Shown: in pieces, positions 1-8,878 of the stretch
Layout of the letters: each line of letters opens with the position of its first letter
Numbering within the stretch: position 1 is the first letter of the stretch
Origin: an uncultured Acidimicrobiia bacterium
Lineage (GTDB): Bacteria > Actinomycetota > Acidimicrobiia > Acidimicrobiales > AC-14
DNA length: 64,000 bases
NCBI GenBank assembly: GCA_963836205.1
Contig: CAWIIV010000023.1
Location: 103,385-167,384, forward strand
Direction of reading: 5' to 3'
Program-made: the position numbers and the translations under genes
The notes under the pieces: model-generated
Told to the model about the DNA's origin: nothing
Databases searched by the model: none
What the model saw: only the letters and a program-made list of their open reading frames with translations

Positions 1-40
1 TGTTCAAGAGCCTCGCATTCGGCCGCTCTGCCATCCCTCC
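1..40 (-). tRNA. tRNA-Ser(TGA), 5' half (truncated by window edge)
   Basis: Reverse complement reads GGAGGGATGGCAGAGCGGCCGAATGCGAGGCTCTTGAACA: tRNA-Ser-type acceptor/D-arm and anticodon loop CTTGAAC. Confidence 0.8.
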
Positions 41-52
41 GGAGGCCCGAGA

Positions 53-1006
53 CTACTGCTGGATCTGGCGCCGGATCTGGCCCCGCAGGCCCTTCACCCA
101 ATCGTCGGCCGCCCGCCACGACGCCTCCGCGTCCCTCCGGATCTCGGGACCCTTGTCGCCCGCCTTGGGGTAGGACCCGAGGAACTTGAGGCCCGCCAGC
201 TGGGCGTGCAGGTCGCGGAGGCAGTCGGCCACCACCTCGTCGTCGACGTGGCCCCGGAGGTCGATGATGAAGCAGTAGTCGCCGAGCGAGCTCTTGGTGG
301 GACGCGACTCCAGCTTCACCAGGTCGATGTTGCGGGCGGTGAACTGGCCGAGGATGGCGTGCAGGCTGCCGGGGTGGTTGTCGCGCTGGAAGCACACGAT
401 GCTGGTGACGTCGTGGCCGGTGGGCGCGGGGATGCCCGACCGGGCGACCGCCACGAAGCGGGTGGAGTTCTCGGGGTTGTCCTCCACGTCGGCCGCCAGC
501 ACCTCGAGGCCGTAGAGCTTGCCCGCCAGCGACGAGCCGAGGGCGGCCGTCCCCTCGGGGTGCGCCTCGCCCACCTGGCGGACGGCCTCGGCGGTGGAGT
601 TGGCCGCCACCATCTGGGCGTGGGGCAGGTGCTCGTTGAAGAACGTCTGGCACTGGGCCATGGCCACGGGGAACGACACGACCCGGCGGACGTCGGCCAG
701 GGTCGTACCCGGCGGGGCCAGCAGGTTCTGGCTGATGGCCATCACCACCTCCCGCTGGATGAGGAGGTCGTGCTCGAAGACGAGGCCGTCCATCACCTGG
801 AGGACGGTGCCCTCGATCGAGTTCTCGATGGCGACGAAGCCCAGGTCGATGTCACCCTTGGCGACGGCCGCGAGCACCAGGGGCATCGACGGCAGGGCGA
901 CGAGGTCTCCGGCGGCGAGGTCGGGCTGGCCCAGCAGCGCCTCCTCGCCGAAGGTGCCGTGGGGCCCGAGGAAGCCGACCCGGGGCGTGGGGGGCGTGGC
1001 GGCCAT
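53..1006 (-). CDS. pheA: Prephenate dehydratase
   Basis: GFLGPHGTF, AIENSIEG, NSTRF, C-terminal ACT domain with KLESRP and FLGSYP. Confidence 0.95.
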   Translation of the reverse strand: MAATPPTPRVGFLGPHGTFGEEALLGQPDLAAGDLVALPSMPLVLAAVAKGDIDLGFVAIENSIEGTVLQVMDGLVFEHDLLIQREVVMAISQNLLAPPGTTLADVRRVVSFPVAMAQCQTFFNEHLPHAQMVAANSTAEAVRQVGEAHPEGTAALGSSLAGKLYGLEVLAADVEDNPENSTRFVAVARSGIPAPTGHDVTSIVCFQRDNHPGSLHAILGQFTARNIDLVKLESRPTKSSLGDYCFIIDLRGHVDDEVVADCLRDLHAQLAGLKFLGSYPKAGDKGPEIRRDAEASWRAADDWVKGLRGQIRRQIQQ

Positions 1007-1031
1007 GCCCAGCAGAGTAATGGCGACGATA

Positions 1032-1778
1032 ATGGCCGCTGTGGACGAGCCGACGCTGCGAAATCTGCTGGACGACGTCCGCACCGGCGTGCTCTCGGCC
1101 GACGACGCCGTCGCCCGGCTGCGGCGGCTGCCCTTCGCCGACCTCGGATTCGCCCGGGTCGACCACCACCGGGCCCTGCGCCAGGGCTTCGGGGAGGCGG
1201 TGTACGGGCCGGGGAAGACCCCCGGGCACTGCGCCGCCATCGTGGACGAGCTGCTGGCGGGGGGTGGGAGCCCCGTGATCCTCACCCGGGCCGACGACGT
1301 CCAGGCGGAGGCGGCCATGGCGATCAACCCCGGCTGCCTGCGCACCGGGACGACCCTGGTGTGGCGGCCACGCCACCTGCGCCCGGGCCGGATCCTGGTG
1401 CTCACCGCGGGGACGGCCGACCTGCCGGTGGCGGCGGAGTGCGTGGCCACCCTCCGGGGCCACGGGTTCGAGCCCAGCCTGGTGTCCGACGTGGGGGTGG
1501 CCGGCGTCCACCGGCTGCTGGCCACCGCCGACGAGCTGGCCGCGGCCGACGCGGTCGTGGTGGTGGCGGGGATGGAAGGCGCGCTGGCCAGCCTGGTGGG
1601 CGGGATGACGCCGGCGCCGGTGGTGGCGGTGCCCACCAGCGTGGGGTACGGGGCGTCGCTGGAGGGGGTCACCGCCCTGCTGGCCATGCTGGCGTCGTGC
1701 GCGTCGGGGCTGACGGTGGTCGGCATCGACAACGGGTTCGGCGCCGCCTGCGCGGTGGTGCGTATCCTCCCCGCGTGA
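1032..1778 (+). CDS. larB: Nickel-pincer cofactor biosynthesis protein LarB (PurE-like)
   Basis: RVDHHRALRQGFGEAVYGPGKT, TAGTADLPVA, DVGVAGVHRL, GMEGALASLVGG, VPTSVGYG, GIDNGFGAA. Confidence 0.93.
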   Translation: MAAVDEPTLRNLLDDVRTGVLSADDAVARLRRLPFADLGFARVDHHRALRQGFGEAVYGPGKTPGHCAAIVDELLAGGGSPVILTRADDVQAEAAMAINPGCLRTGTTLVWRPRHLRPGRILVLTAGTADLPVAAECVATLRGHGFEPSLVSDVGVAGVHRLLATADELAAADAVVVVAGMEGALASLVGGMTPAPVVAVPTSVGYGASLEGVTALLAMLASCASGLTVVGIDNGFGAACAVVRILPA

Positions 1779-2968
1779 CCCGCACGGCCTGGTTCCACTG
1801 CTTCTCCGGGATCGCGGGCGACATGGCCCTCGGCAGCCTGGTCGACGCCGGGGCCGACCTGGCCGAGGTGGTGGGCCTCCTCGAGCGGCTTCCGGTGAAG
1901 GGGTGGTCGGTGGAGGCGGAGGCGGTGCTGCGGGCAGGCGTGGCCGCGACGAAGGTCCACGTCCGGTGCGAGGACACGGCCGTTGTCCGCACCTACGCCC
2001 ACATCTCGGGACTGGTCGACGAGGCCCGGCTGCCGGAGCGGGTGCGCGACCGGACCCAGGCCGTGTTCGCGGCGCTGGCCGAGGTGGAGGGACGCCTCCA
2101 CCGGCGCCCGCCGGAGCAGGTCCACTTCCACGAGGTGGGGGGTCTCGACGCCATCGTCGACGTGGTCGGTACGTGCGCCGCCCTGGAGGTGCTCGGCGTC
2201 GACCGGGTGACGGCCAGCCCGGTGGCGACGGGCCTGGGCATGGTCCGCAGCGCCCACGGCGTGATCCCCAACCCGGCCCCGGCGGTGCTGGAGCTGCTCC
2301 GGGGCGTCCCCACGTACGGGCGGGAGATCAGCGTGGAGCTGACCACGCCCACCGGCGCGGCCCTGCTGGCGGCCATGGCCGTGGAGTACGGCCCCCTTCC
2401 CGAGCTGACCCTGGCCGCCACCGGCTACGGCGCCGGCGACCGCGACATCGACGGCCTGCCCAACGTGGTCCAGGTCGTGCTGGGCGACGCCCCGGCCGGG
2501 GAGCCGGAGACGACGCCCCGCCCCGGGCAGCCGGTGGTGCTGCTGGAGGTCAACGTCGACGACGCCACCGGCGAGGTGCTGGCCCACGCGGTGTCAGCCC
2601 TCATGGAGGCCGGCGCCCACGACGCCTGGCTGACACCCATCCTGATGAAGAAGGGACGCCCGGCCCACACCGTGAGCGCCCTGGGCGACCTGGCCCTGGC
2701 CGACCAGTTGGCGTCGGTCCTCACCGCCGAGACGGGCAGCCTGGGCGTCCGCGGCCTGACCCTCGAGCGCTGGCCGGCGGCCCGGGCGACGGCCGAGGTG
2801 GAGGTCGACGGGCTGCCGGTGCGGGTGAAGGTGAGTGCGGGCCGGGTGAAGGCGGAGCACGACGACGCGGTGCGGGTGGCCCGCCGCCAGGGCATCCCCC
2901 TGCGGGAGGTGCTGTCCCGGGCCGAGGCCGCCTGGCCCCGCGACCCGGGCCCCGACCGAGCCGGCTGA
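1775..2968 (+). CDS. larC: Nickel insertion protein LarC
   Basis: FHCFSGIAGDMALGSL, VHFHEVGGLDAIVDVVG, ELTTPTGAA, EVNVDDATGE, MKKGRP; GTGA overlap with larB. Confidence 0.93.
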   Translation: MTRTAWFHCFSGIAGDMALGSLVDAGADLAEVVGLLERLPVKGWSVEAEAVLRAGVAATKVHVRCEDTAVVRTYAHISGLVDEARLPERVRDRTQAVFAALAEVEGRLHRRPPEQVHFHEVGGLDAIVDVVGTCAALEVLGVDRVTASPVATGLGMVRSAHGVIPNPAPAVLELLRGVPTYGREISVELTTPTGAALLAAMAVEYGPLPELTLAATGYGAGDRDIDGLPNVVQVVLGDAPAGEPETTPRPGQPVVLLEVNVDDATGEVLAHAVSALMEAGAHDAWLTPILMKKGRPAHTVSALGDLALADQLASVLTAETGSLGVRGLTLERWPAARATAEVEVDGLPVRVKVSAGRVKAEHDDAVRVARRQGIPLREVLSRAEAAWPRDPGPDRAG

Positions 2969-3048
2969 CCCCTCCGAACTGGTGACGGATTCGGCCGTCA
3001 GACGACCGACAGTGTCACCGGTTGGCGGGGGGCTGTCGGTCGCGGGGG

Positions 3049-4785
3049 TTATTCCTCGAACAGGTCCTCGCCCCGGCGGAGGCGGCCGGCGATGCGCACG
3101 ACGTGGGGGAGCTCGCGGCGGGTGGGGGTGTGGGCGGCCAGGAAGCGGGCGGCCGCCACCAGGATCATGGCGCCCTCCTCCGACCCCGCCGGCCAGCCGT
3201 GGAACTGGCGGACCGCGGCCTCGACGATCTGGAACCAGTGGAAGCCGGCGTCCTCGGCCAGGAGGGCGTGGCCCAGAGCCGAGACCAGGGCGGCCGGGTC
3301 GCCACCGGCCCGGAGGTAGCCGTAGGCGATGGCGCCGGCCCGGTCGACGCCGCCCTGCTCGTCCCAGCAGGCCTGGAGGTCGGCGAGATCACCGCTGGAG
3401 GCGGTCGGGGGGCGGGCGGCGGGGACGTTGAGGAAGCGGTCGAGGTAGATCCGGAGGGCGGCATGGATCACGCCCCGGACCAGCTCGGGCGACGGGTGGC
3501 GGACCAGGCACTGGTGGAGGGCGTTGGCGTGGGTGAAGCCGTGGTGGACGACGTCCCAGTCGCCGAAGTCGTTCTGGACGTGGAACCGGGCGATGCGCAG
3601 GGCGGCGGCGTAGGCCACCGCCTGCCCCAGCTGGTGGGGGGCCGCACCGGCGGCGACAGCGGCGAGGATGGAGTCCACGATGTGCTCGGGGTCGTCGACG
3701 AGCACGTCGTGGGCGAGGGCGGTGACCGCGGCGTCGTCGAACGCCCCCGCCGACACGCCGGCCGCGGCCGCGGCCAGGACGTCCGGCAGCCGGGCCTCGG
3801 TGCGGGCGACGAGGGCAGCCAGGTCGACCGGGTGGCGCCAGCGCCCGCCCTCCTCCGAGCGCTGGGCGGCCGCTGTCTGGTCGACGAGGGTGGGCAGCAC
3901 CGCCGCCGCCCGCTCCCAGCCCACGTGGTCGAGGGCCTCGAAGGCCTTGTTGGTGAAGTCGACGGTGTGGCCGACGTCGAGGAAGACGTGGTCGGTGGCC
4001 GCGGCCAGCATCATCCTGGCCACGGCCGCGGGCTCGGCGCCAGCGGTGACGGCCGTCACCAGCGCCCGCTCGGCCGACTCCTCCGACCGGGTCTCGATGA
4101 AGCGCCGGTACCAGCCGGTCAGGCGCTCGACGGGCGGGGCGGGCGCCGACCCGTCCCCGACGCCCAAGGGAGCGAGGGGGAACCGGGGCGGGCGGCCCCG
4201 GGTGTCCCGGGCCACGAAGGCGAGGCCGTGGACCAGGGCCAGTCCCCGGTCGGACGGGTCGAGGTGGGGCAGGAGGTTGGCCATGGCGACCAGTACGGTG
4301 AGGCCCGAGCCCCAACCCGCGGCCCGGTTGGCGATGCCGAAGTCGAGCCCGACCCGGACGATGGCCGCCGCCGGCTCCCCCGCCTCCAGGAGGGCCAGCA
4401 CGGCCTTGGCCGTCACCAGGGTGAGGCCGCTCTCCAGTCCCTCGGCCAGCCGCCGGCGGTGGTGCTCGACCCGGCCGTCGGCCGCCTCGACGACCACGAA
4501 CACGTCGCCGCCGTCGACCTCGACCGGGAAGGCCCGGGCGTCGTCGGCGAATGGGTCGAGGGTGCCACCGGTGGCCAGGTCGAAGCGGGCGTGGTGCCAG
4601 TGGCAGGTGACGAGGCCTTCCTCCACCGATCCCCGGTGGAGAGGGAAGCCCATGTGGGGGCAGCGGTCGTCGAGGGCGTAGGCCGTGTCGTCGTGCCAGA
4701 TGACGCACACCCCGTGGGTGCCGACCTTGGCCAGGATCCGGCCTTCGGCCTGGAGGGCGTCGAGCGTGCCGACCCGGATGCGCAC
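3049..4785 (-). CDS. Rieske (2Fe-2S) domain protein with long helical C-terminal region
   Basis: CPHMGFPL...VTCHWHHARFDL Rieske motifs at the N-terminus. Confidence 0.85.
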   Translation of the reverse strand: MRIRVGTLDALQAEGRILAKVGTHGVCVIWHDDTAYALDDRCPHMGFPLHRGSVEEGLVTCHWHHARFDLATGGTLDPFADDARAFPVEVDGGDVFVVVEAADGRVEHHRRRLAEGLESGLTLVTAKAVLALLEAGEPAAAIVRVGLDFGIANRAAGWGSGLTVLVAMANLLPHLDPSDRGLALVHGLAFVARDTRGRPPRFPLAPLGVGDGSAPAPPVERLTGWYRRFIETRSEESAERALVTAVTAGAEPAAVARMMLAAATDHVFLDVGHTVDFTNKAFEALDHVGWERAAAVLPTLVDQTAAAQRSEEGGRWRHPVDLAALVARTEARLPDVLAAAAAGVSAGAFDDAAVTALAHDVLVDDPEHIVDSILAAVAAGAAPHQLGQAVAYAAALRIARFHVQNDFGDWDVVHHGFTHANALHQCLVRHPSPELVRGVIHAALRIYLDRFLNVPAARPPTASSGDLADLQACWDEQGGVDRAGAIAYGYLRAGGDPAALVSALGHALLAEDAGFHWFQIVEAAVRQFHGWPAGSEEGAMILVAAARFLAAHTPTRRELPHVVRIAGRLRRGEDLFEE

Positions 4786-4830
4786 GAAGGAATCCTCCCA
4801 CCGGGGAGGGCCGGTCACTAGCGTCTCGGC

Positions 4831-5292
4831 ATGCTCAAGGACTTCAAGGCCTTCATCCTCAGAGGCAATGTCGTCGACCTGGCGGTGGGGTTGGTGATCG
4901 GTGCCGCGTTCGGGGCTGTGATCACGTCGTTGGTGAAGGACGTGATCACGCCGTTGCTCGCCATTCCGGGCAAGACCAACTTCTCCGACCTGAAGATCAC
5001 CGTGGGAGGCGGGGTGATCCTCTACGGCAACTTCCTCAACGCGCTGATCGCATTCGTCCTCGTCGCCGCCGCGATGTACTTCTTCGTCGTCCGGCCGGTG
5101 AACAAGCTCATGGCCAGCCGCAAGACCGAACCCGACGTCGAGTCCACCACCCGCGACTGCCCGTGGTGCCTGAGCGCCATCCCGGTGGGTGCCCGGGCCT
5201 GCGCCTTCTGTACCCGGGAGGTGCCCGCACCGCCGCCTCCTCCGGCGCCGGCCGAGCCCGTGGCGGCGACGCCACCACCGCCCGCGGGATAA
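4831..5292 (+). CDS. mscL: Large-conductance mechanosensitive channel
   Basis: FKAFILRGNVVDLAVGLVIGAAF; C-terminal CxxC...CxxC tail. Confidence 0.95.
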   Translation: MLKDFKAFILRGNVVDLAVGLVIGAAFGAVITSLVKDVITPLLAIPGKTNFSDLKITVGGGVILYGNFLNALIAFVLVAAAMYFFVVRPVNKLMASRKTEPDVESTTRDCPWCLSAIPVGARACAFCTREVPAPPPPPAPAEPVAATPPPPAG

Positions 5293-5488
5293 CCGTCCGT
5301 CGGTGTCCATGCCCAACCTGGTGACACTTTTGGGCGCCAGGACGCCCGAAAACGTCACCGGTTGGAGGGGTGGGAGGCGGATTGGGTGAGGGGCAAGCTC
5401 GTCCGGGCGGCAAGGCGAGTACGGGTGGACGAGCCCGCTCAGGCCCCCCACCGTACGGACCGTTCGTTTCCGACCAGTCGCCTCCGTG

Positions 5489-6277
5489 TCAACGGCGGAT
5501 GAACCCGGGGTCGAGCCACTCGGCGGTGGCCGTCCAGGCGGGCGACCGGGGGTCGATGAGGTCCATGTGGCTGGCGCCGGCGACGACCCGGACCTCCACA
5601 GGGTCGCCCGCCGCTTGCGCCCGGCGGGCGTAGTCGAGGCTCTGCTCGGGGGGGACGGTCCCGTCGTTCCCGCCGTGCACCACCAGCTGGCGGACGCCCG
5701 GGCCGAGGGGCAGGCGTTCGGCCGGTGAGCCCAGGCGGTAGCGGTCGGGCACCTCCTCCGGCCCACCACCGAGGAAGCGAACGACGCCCGGTCCGATCAC
5801 CGACCGCCGGCCACGGGCGGCGGCGGCCAGGTCGAGCACGCCCGACAGCGAGACCGCGGCCCACACGGCCACCTCCGGGTGGGCGCCCGGGGCTCCGTCG
5901 GGGAGTCCGGGCCGGGCCGCCGCCCAGAGCGCCAGCGTGGCTCCTGCGGAGTGGCCGACGGCGGCAACCCGGCCGAGGTCGGCCAGGTCGGCGTGGTCGG
6001 CCAGCGAGTCGACGCCGGCGGCGACGTCGGCGAAGGTCGCCGGCCACCCGCCCCCGGACCACCTCGACCCCACCCGCCGGTACTCCAGGTTCCAGACCAG
6101 CCAACCCCGCTGGGCCAGGTCGGCGCACACCGAGTCCATGAGCTCGCGCCCGTAGGAGTCCAGCCACAGCCCACCGTGGATGCTCACCACCACCGGGTGC
6201 GGTCCCGACCCTCGGTCCGCCGGCAGCCACGCCTCCACGAACTGGTCGCGGTGCGACCCGTAGCGACAGACCTTCAT
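5489..6277 (-). CDS. Alpha/beta hydrolase
   Basis: IHGGLW, NLEYRR, GHSAG nucleophile elbow, HGxxDxxVP, SHMD. Confidence 0.88.
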   Translation of the reverse strand: MKVCRYGSHRDQFVEAWLPADRGSGPHPVVVSIHGGLWLDSYGRELMDSVCADLAQRGWLVWNLEYRRVGSRWSGGGWPATFADVAAGVDSLADHADLADLGRVAAVGHSAGATLALWAAARPGLPDGAPGAHPEVAVWAAVSLSGVLDLAAAARGRRSVIGPGVVRFLGGGPEEVPDRYRLGSPAERLPLGPGVRQLVVHGGNDGTVPPEQSLDYARRAQAAGDPVEVRVVAGASHMDLIDPRSPAWTATAEWLDPGFIRR

Positions 6278-6293
6278 ACTGCGGTAGGAATCC

Positions 6294-7874
6294 CTACGTC
6301 CGGTCGCGATACCAGACCGTTGCCGACCCGGGGATCCGCCCGCCCTCGGGGAGGGGCCCGCTGGCAAGGACGACCTCCATCGTCGCTCCGACCGCGCCCG
6401 GCCGGTCGGCCGCCGTGCCGCCGAGGTTGACCACGCACACGAACGCCGGTCCTCGGCGGAAGGCGAGCACCTCGTCGCCGGCATCGATCCACTCCAGAGG
6501 CTCGTCCCCGACCTCCCCCTTCCGCATACGGAGCGCCTCCCGGTACAGGCTGAGCATGGAGTACGGGTCCCCCGCCTGGCGCGCCGCGGTCAGCGCCGCC
6601 CACCCCGCCGGCTGGGGCAGCCACGGCTCACTGCTCTCCGGCCCGAACCCGAACGGGGCCGCCGAGCCCGACCACGGCAGGGGCACTCGGCACCCGTCCC
6701 GGCCCCGTTCCTCGCCCCCGGTGCGGAAGAACGTCGGGTCCTGCAGCACCTCGTCGGGCAGGTCGGTGACCTGGGGCAGGCCCAGCTCCTCGCCCTGGTA
6801 GACGTAGGCGCCGCCGGGGAGGGCGAGCATGAGCAGGGCCGCGGCCCGGGCCCGGCGCACACCCTCGTCGCCCCCGCCGTAACGGGTGACGTGGCGGACG
6901 AAGTCGTGGTTCGACAGCACCCACGTCGGGGGGGCGCCCACCGCGGCCAGGGCGTCGATGCTGGAGTCGATGGCGGCCCGCAGCCCGGCCGCGTCCCACG
7001 GGGCGAGGAGGAACTCGAAGTTGAAGGCGGTGTGCAGCTCGTCGGGGCGCAGGTAGCGGGCCAGCTGCACCGGCGTCTCCACCCACGCCTCCCCCACGAA
7101 GGCCACGTCCCGGTCGTACGAGTCGGTGATCCGCCGCCACCGGCGGTAGACGTCGTGGACGTCGTCGCGGTCCCAGTGCGGGTGGCCGGCGGCGGCCGCG
7201 CCCGCCACCGCGAAGCCGGCGGCCAGGTCGGGCAGGGCCGGGTCCTTGGCCAGGCCGTGGGCGACGTCGATGCGGAACCCGTCGACGCCCCGGTCGAGCC
7301 AGAAGCGCAGGATCGAGTCGAACTCGGCCCGCACCTCCTCGTTGGTCCAGTCCAGGTCGGGCTGCTCGGGGGCGAAGAGGTGGAGGTACCACTGGCCGTC
7401 GGGCGTTCGGGCCCACGCCGGTCCCCCGAACACGCTCTGCCAGTCATTCGGCGGGAGGTCGCCGGACTCGCCCCGCCCGTTGCGGAACACGTACCGGGCC
7501 CGCTCGGGGCTGCCCGGTGCGGACGCCAGGGCGGCGCGGAACCACGGGTGCTCGCTCGACGTGTGGTTGGGTACGAGGTCGACGATCACCCGCAGCCCGA
7601 GGCGGTGGGCGTCGGCGACGAGGGCGTCGAAGTCGGCCAGGGTGCCGAAGGTGGGCTCGACGTCGCGGTAGTCGGAGACGTCGTAGCCGGCGTCGGCCTG
7701 GGGCGACGGGTAGAACGGGTTGAGCCAGATGGCGTCGACGCCGAGGTCGGCGACGTAGCCCAGCCGGGAGCGCACGCCCGGCAGGTCGCCGATCCCGTCG
7801 CCGTCGGAGTCGGCGAAGCTCCGGACGTACACCTGGTAGATGACCGCCCGCCGCCACCAGGGGATGTCGGCCAC
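6294..7874 (-). CDS. GH13 alpha-glucosidase
   Basis: WWRRAVIYQVYVRSF, DLVPNH, GVDGFRIDVAH, SNHD, YQGEELG, RDGCRVP. Confidence 0.93.
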   Translation of the reverse strand: MADIPWWRRAVIYQVYVRSFADSDGDGIGDLPGVRSRLGYVADLGVDAIWLNPFYPSPQADAGYDVSDYRDVEPTFGTLADFDALVADAHRLGLRVIVDLVPNHTSSEHPWFRAALASAPGSPERARYVFRNGRGESGDLPPNDWQSVFGGPAWARTPDGQWYLHLFAPEQPDLDWTNEEVRAEFDSILRFWLDRGVDGFRIDVAHGLAKDPALPDLAAGFAVAGAAAAGHPHWDRDDVHDVYRRWRRITDSYDRDVAFVGEAWVETPVQLARYLRPDELHTAFNFEFLLAPWDAAGLRAAIDSSIDALAAVGAPPTWVLSNHDFVRHVTRYGGGDEGVRRARAAALLMLALPGGAYVYQGEELGLPQVTDLPDEVLQDPTFFRTGGEERGRDGCRVPLPWSGSAAPFGFGPESSEPWLPQPAGWAALTAARQAGDPYSMLSLYREALRMRKGEVGDEPLEWIDAGDEVLAFRRGPAFVCVVNLGGTAADRPGAVGATMEVVLASGPLPEGGRIPGSATVWYRDRT

Positions 7875-7876
7875 GC

Positions 7877-8335
7877 CTACCCGGGGATGCTCCGGCCGAC
7901 CCGGACCCGGTTGCCGCCGGGGTCGACCACGTGGAACTCGCGCATCCCCCACGGCTCGTCCCGGACGGGTGAGACGGGCAGCCCGGCCGCTGTCCACGCG
8001 GCGTGGACCTGGTCGACGTCGCCCACGTGGAGGTACGCCGCGCCCCGGTCCCGATCGGCGGTGGCCGCCACGAGATGGAGCTCGACGCCCTCGTGCTCGG
8101 CGGCGGCGAAATCCGCTCCGTAGCGCTCGACCCCGAAGCCGGCGGCGGTCCAGAAGGCGTCCGAGGCAGCCAGGTCCGGGGTCGCCAACACCGGTACGGC
8201 CCGCACCATGGCCGGATCCCTACGGGACAGGAGCCAGGTCAGGCAGCCGGCGCAGACCCCGATCTCGGCCCGGGCCCGCAGCCGGTCGAGCTCATCCTCG
8301 GGGTACTCCCGCTCGCAGCAGAAGCACGCGCCCAC
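7877..8335 (-). CDS. VOC/glyoxalase-family protein with Cys-rich N-terminus
   Basis: DEPWGMREFHVVDPGGNRVRVG; N-terminal CFCC...CAGC. Confidence 0.75.
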   Translation of the reverse strand: MGACFCCEREYPEDELDRLRARAEIGVCAGCLTWLLSRRDPAMVRAVPVLATPDLAASDAFWTAAGFGVERYGADFAAAEHEGVELHLVAATADRDRGAAYLHVGDVDQVHAAWTAAGLPVSPVRDEPWGMREFHVVDPGGNRVRVGRSIPG

Positions 8336-8336
8336 G

Positions 8337-8609
8337 TCAGCCCCGGCAGAGCTCGAAGGCGACGGCCACGATCTCCTTGGCGATCCGGGCCGACTCGTCG
8401 TCGGTGAGCATGGCCCGGGTGATGGGGTTGCCACCGAGCTTGGCGGTGAGCTCCTCGACCCGGGGCTGGAGGGCCTCGGGGAGGTCGGCGACGGTCACGT
8501 TGGCCAGCGACGACGTCCACGCCCGGTTCAGCCGCTGCTGGATCGCCCCGTGCGACACCAACTCGGTCACCGCGGCCACGAACAGCTCCCCTGCCGGACT
8601 GGGTTCCAT
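8337..8609 (-). CDS. Hypothetical protein
   Basis: Short helical ORF in tandem with the downstream genes; typical codon bias. Confidence 0.55.
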   Translation of the reverse strand: MEPSPAGELFVAAVTELVSHGAIQQRLNRAWTSSLANVTVADLPEALQPRVEELTAKLGGNPITRAMLTDDESARIAKEIVAVAFELCRG

Positions 8610-8878
8610 GGGAGTCGACGGTATCGCCGGGACGGCCGGTGCGGCGCCGGCGACCCCCACCGACCGGTGAACGGGGACGCTGGTCTGCGCCGTTCCGACT
8701 CACCGGTTCGCCGTGGTGCGGCGCCGGGACGCCCGTCCGGTACCATGGAGCAAGCGACGGGGCCGATCGGCGTCGTCGGGGTCGAGTGCGAAGCGCACCC
8801 AAAGCGCAGGGTTTCCGTTCTTCGGAGCGTGTGGCCGCAGCATCAACGGCCAACCTCCAACTGAAAAGGAAACACCCC

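Noticed and set aside
53-5769. Very long N-terminal extensions of the pheA, larC and Rieske ORFs, and many long antisense ORFs throughout the window
   Set aside because: Shadow ORFs expected in high-GC DNA; they overlap real genes and lack family motifs
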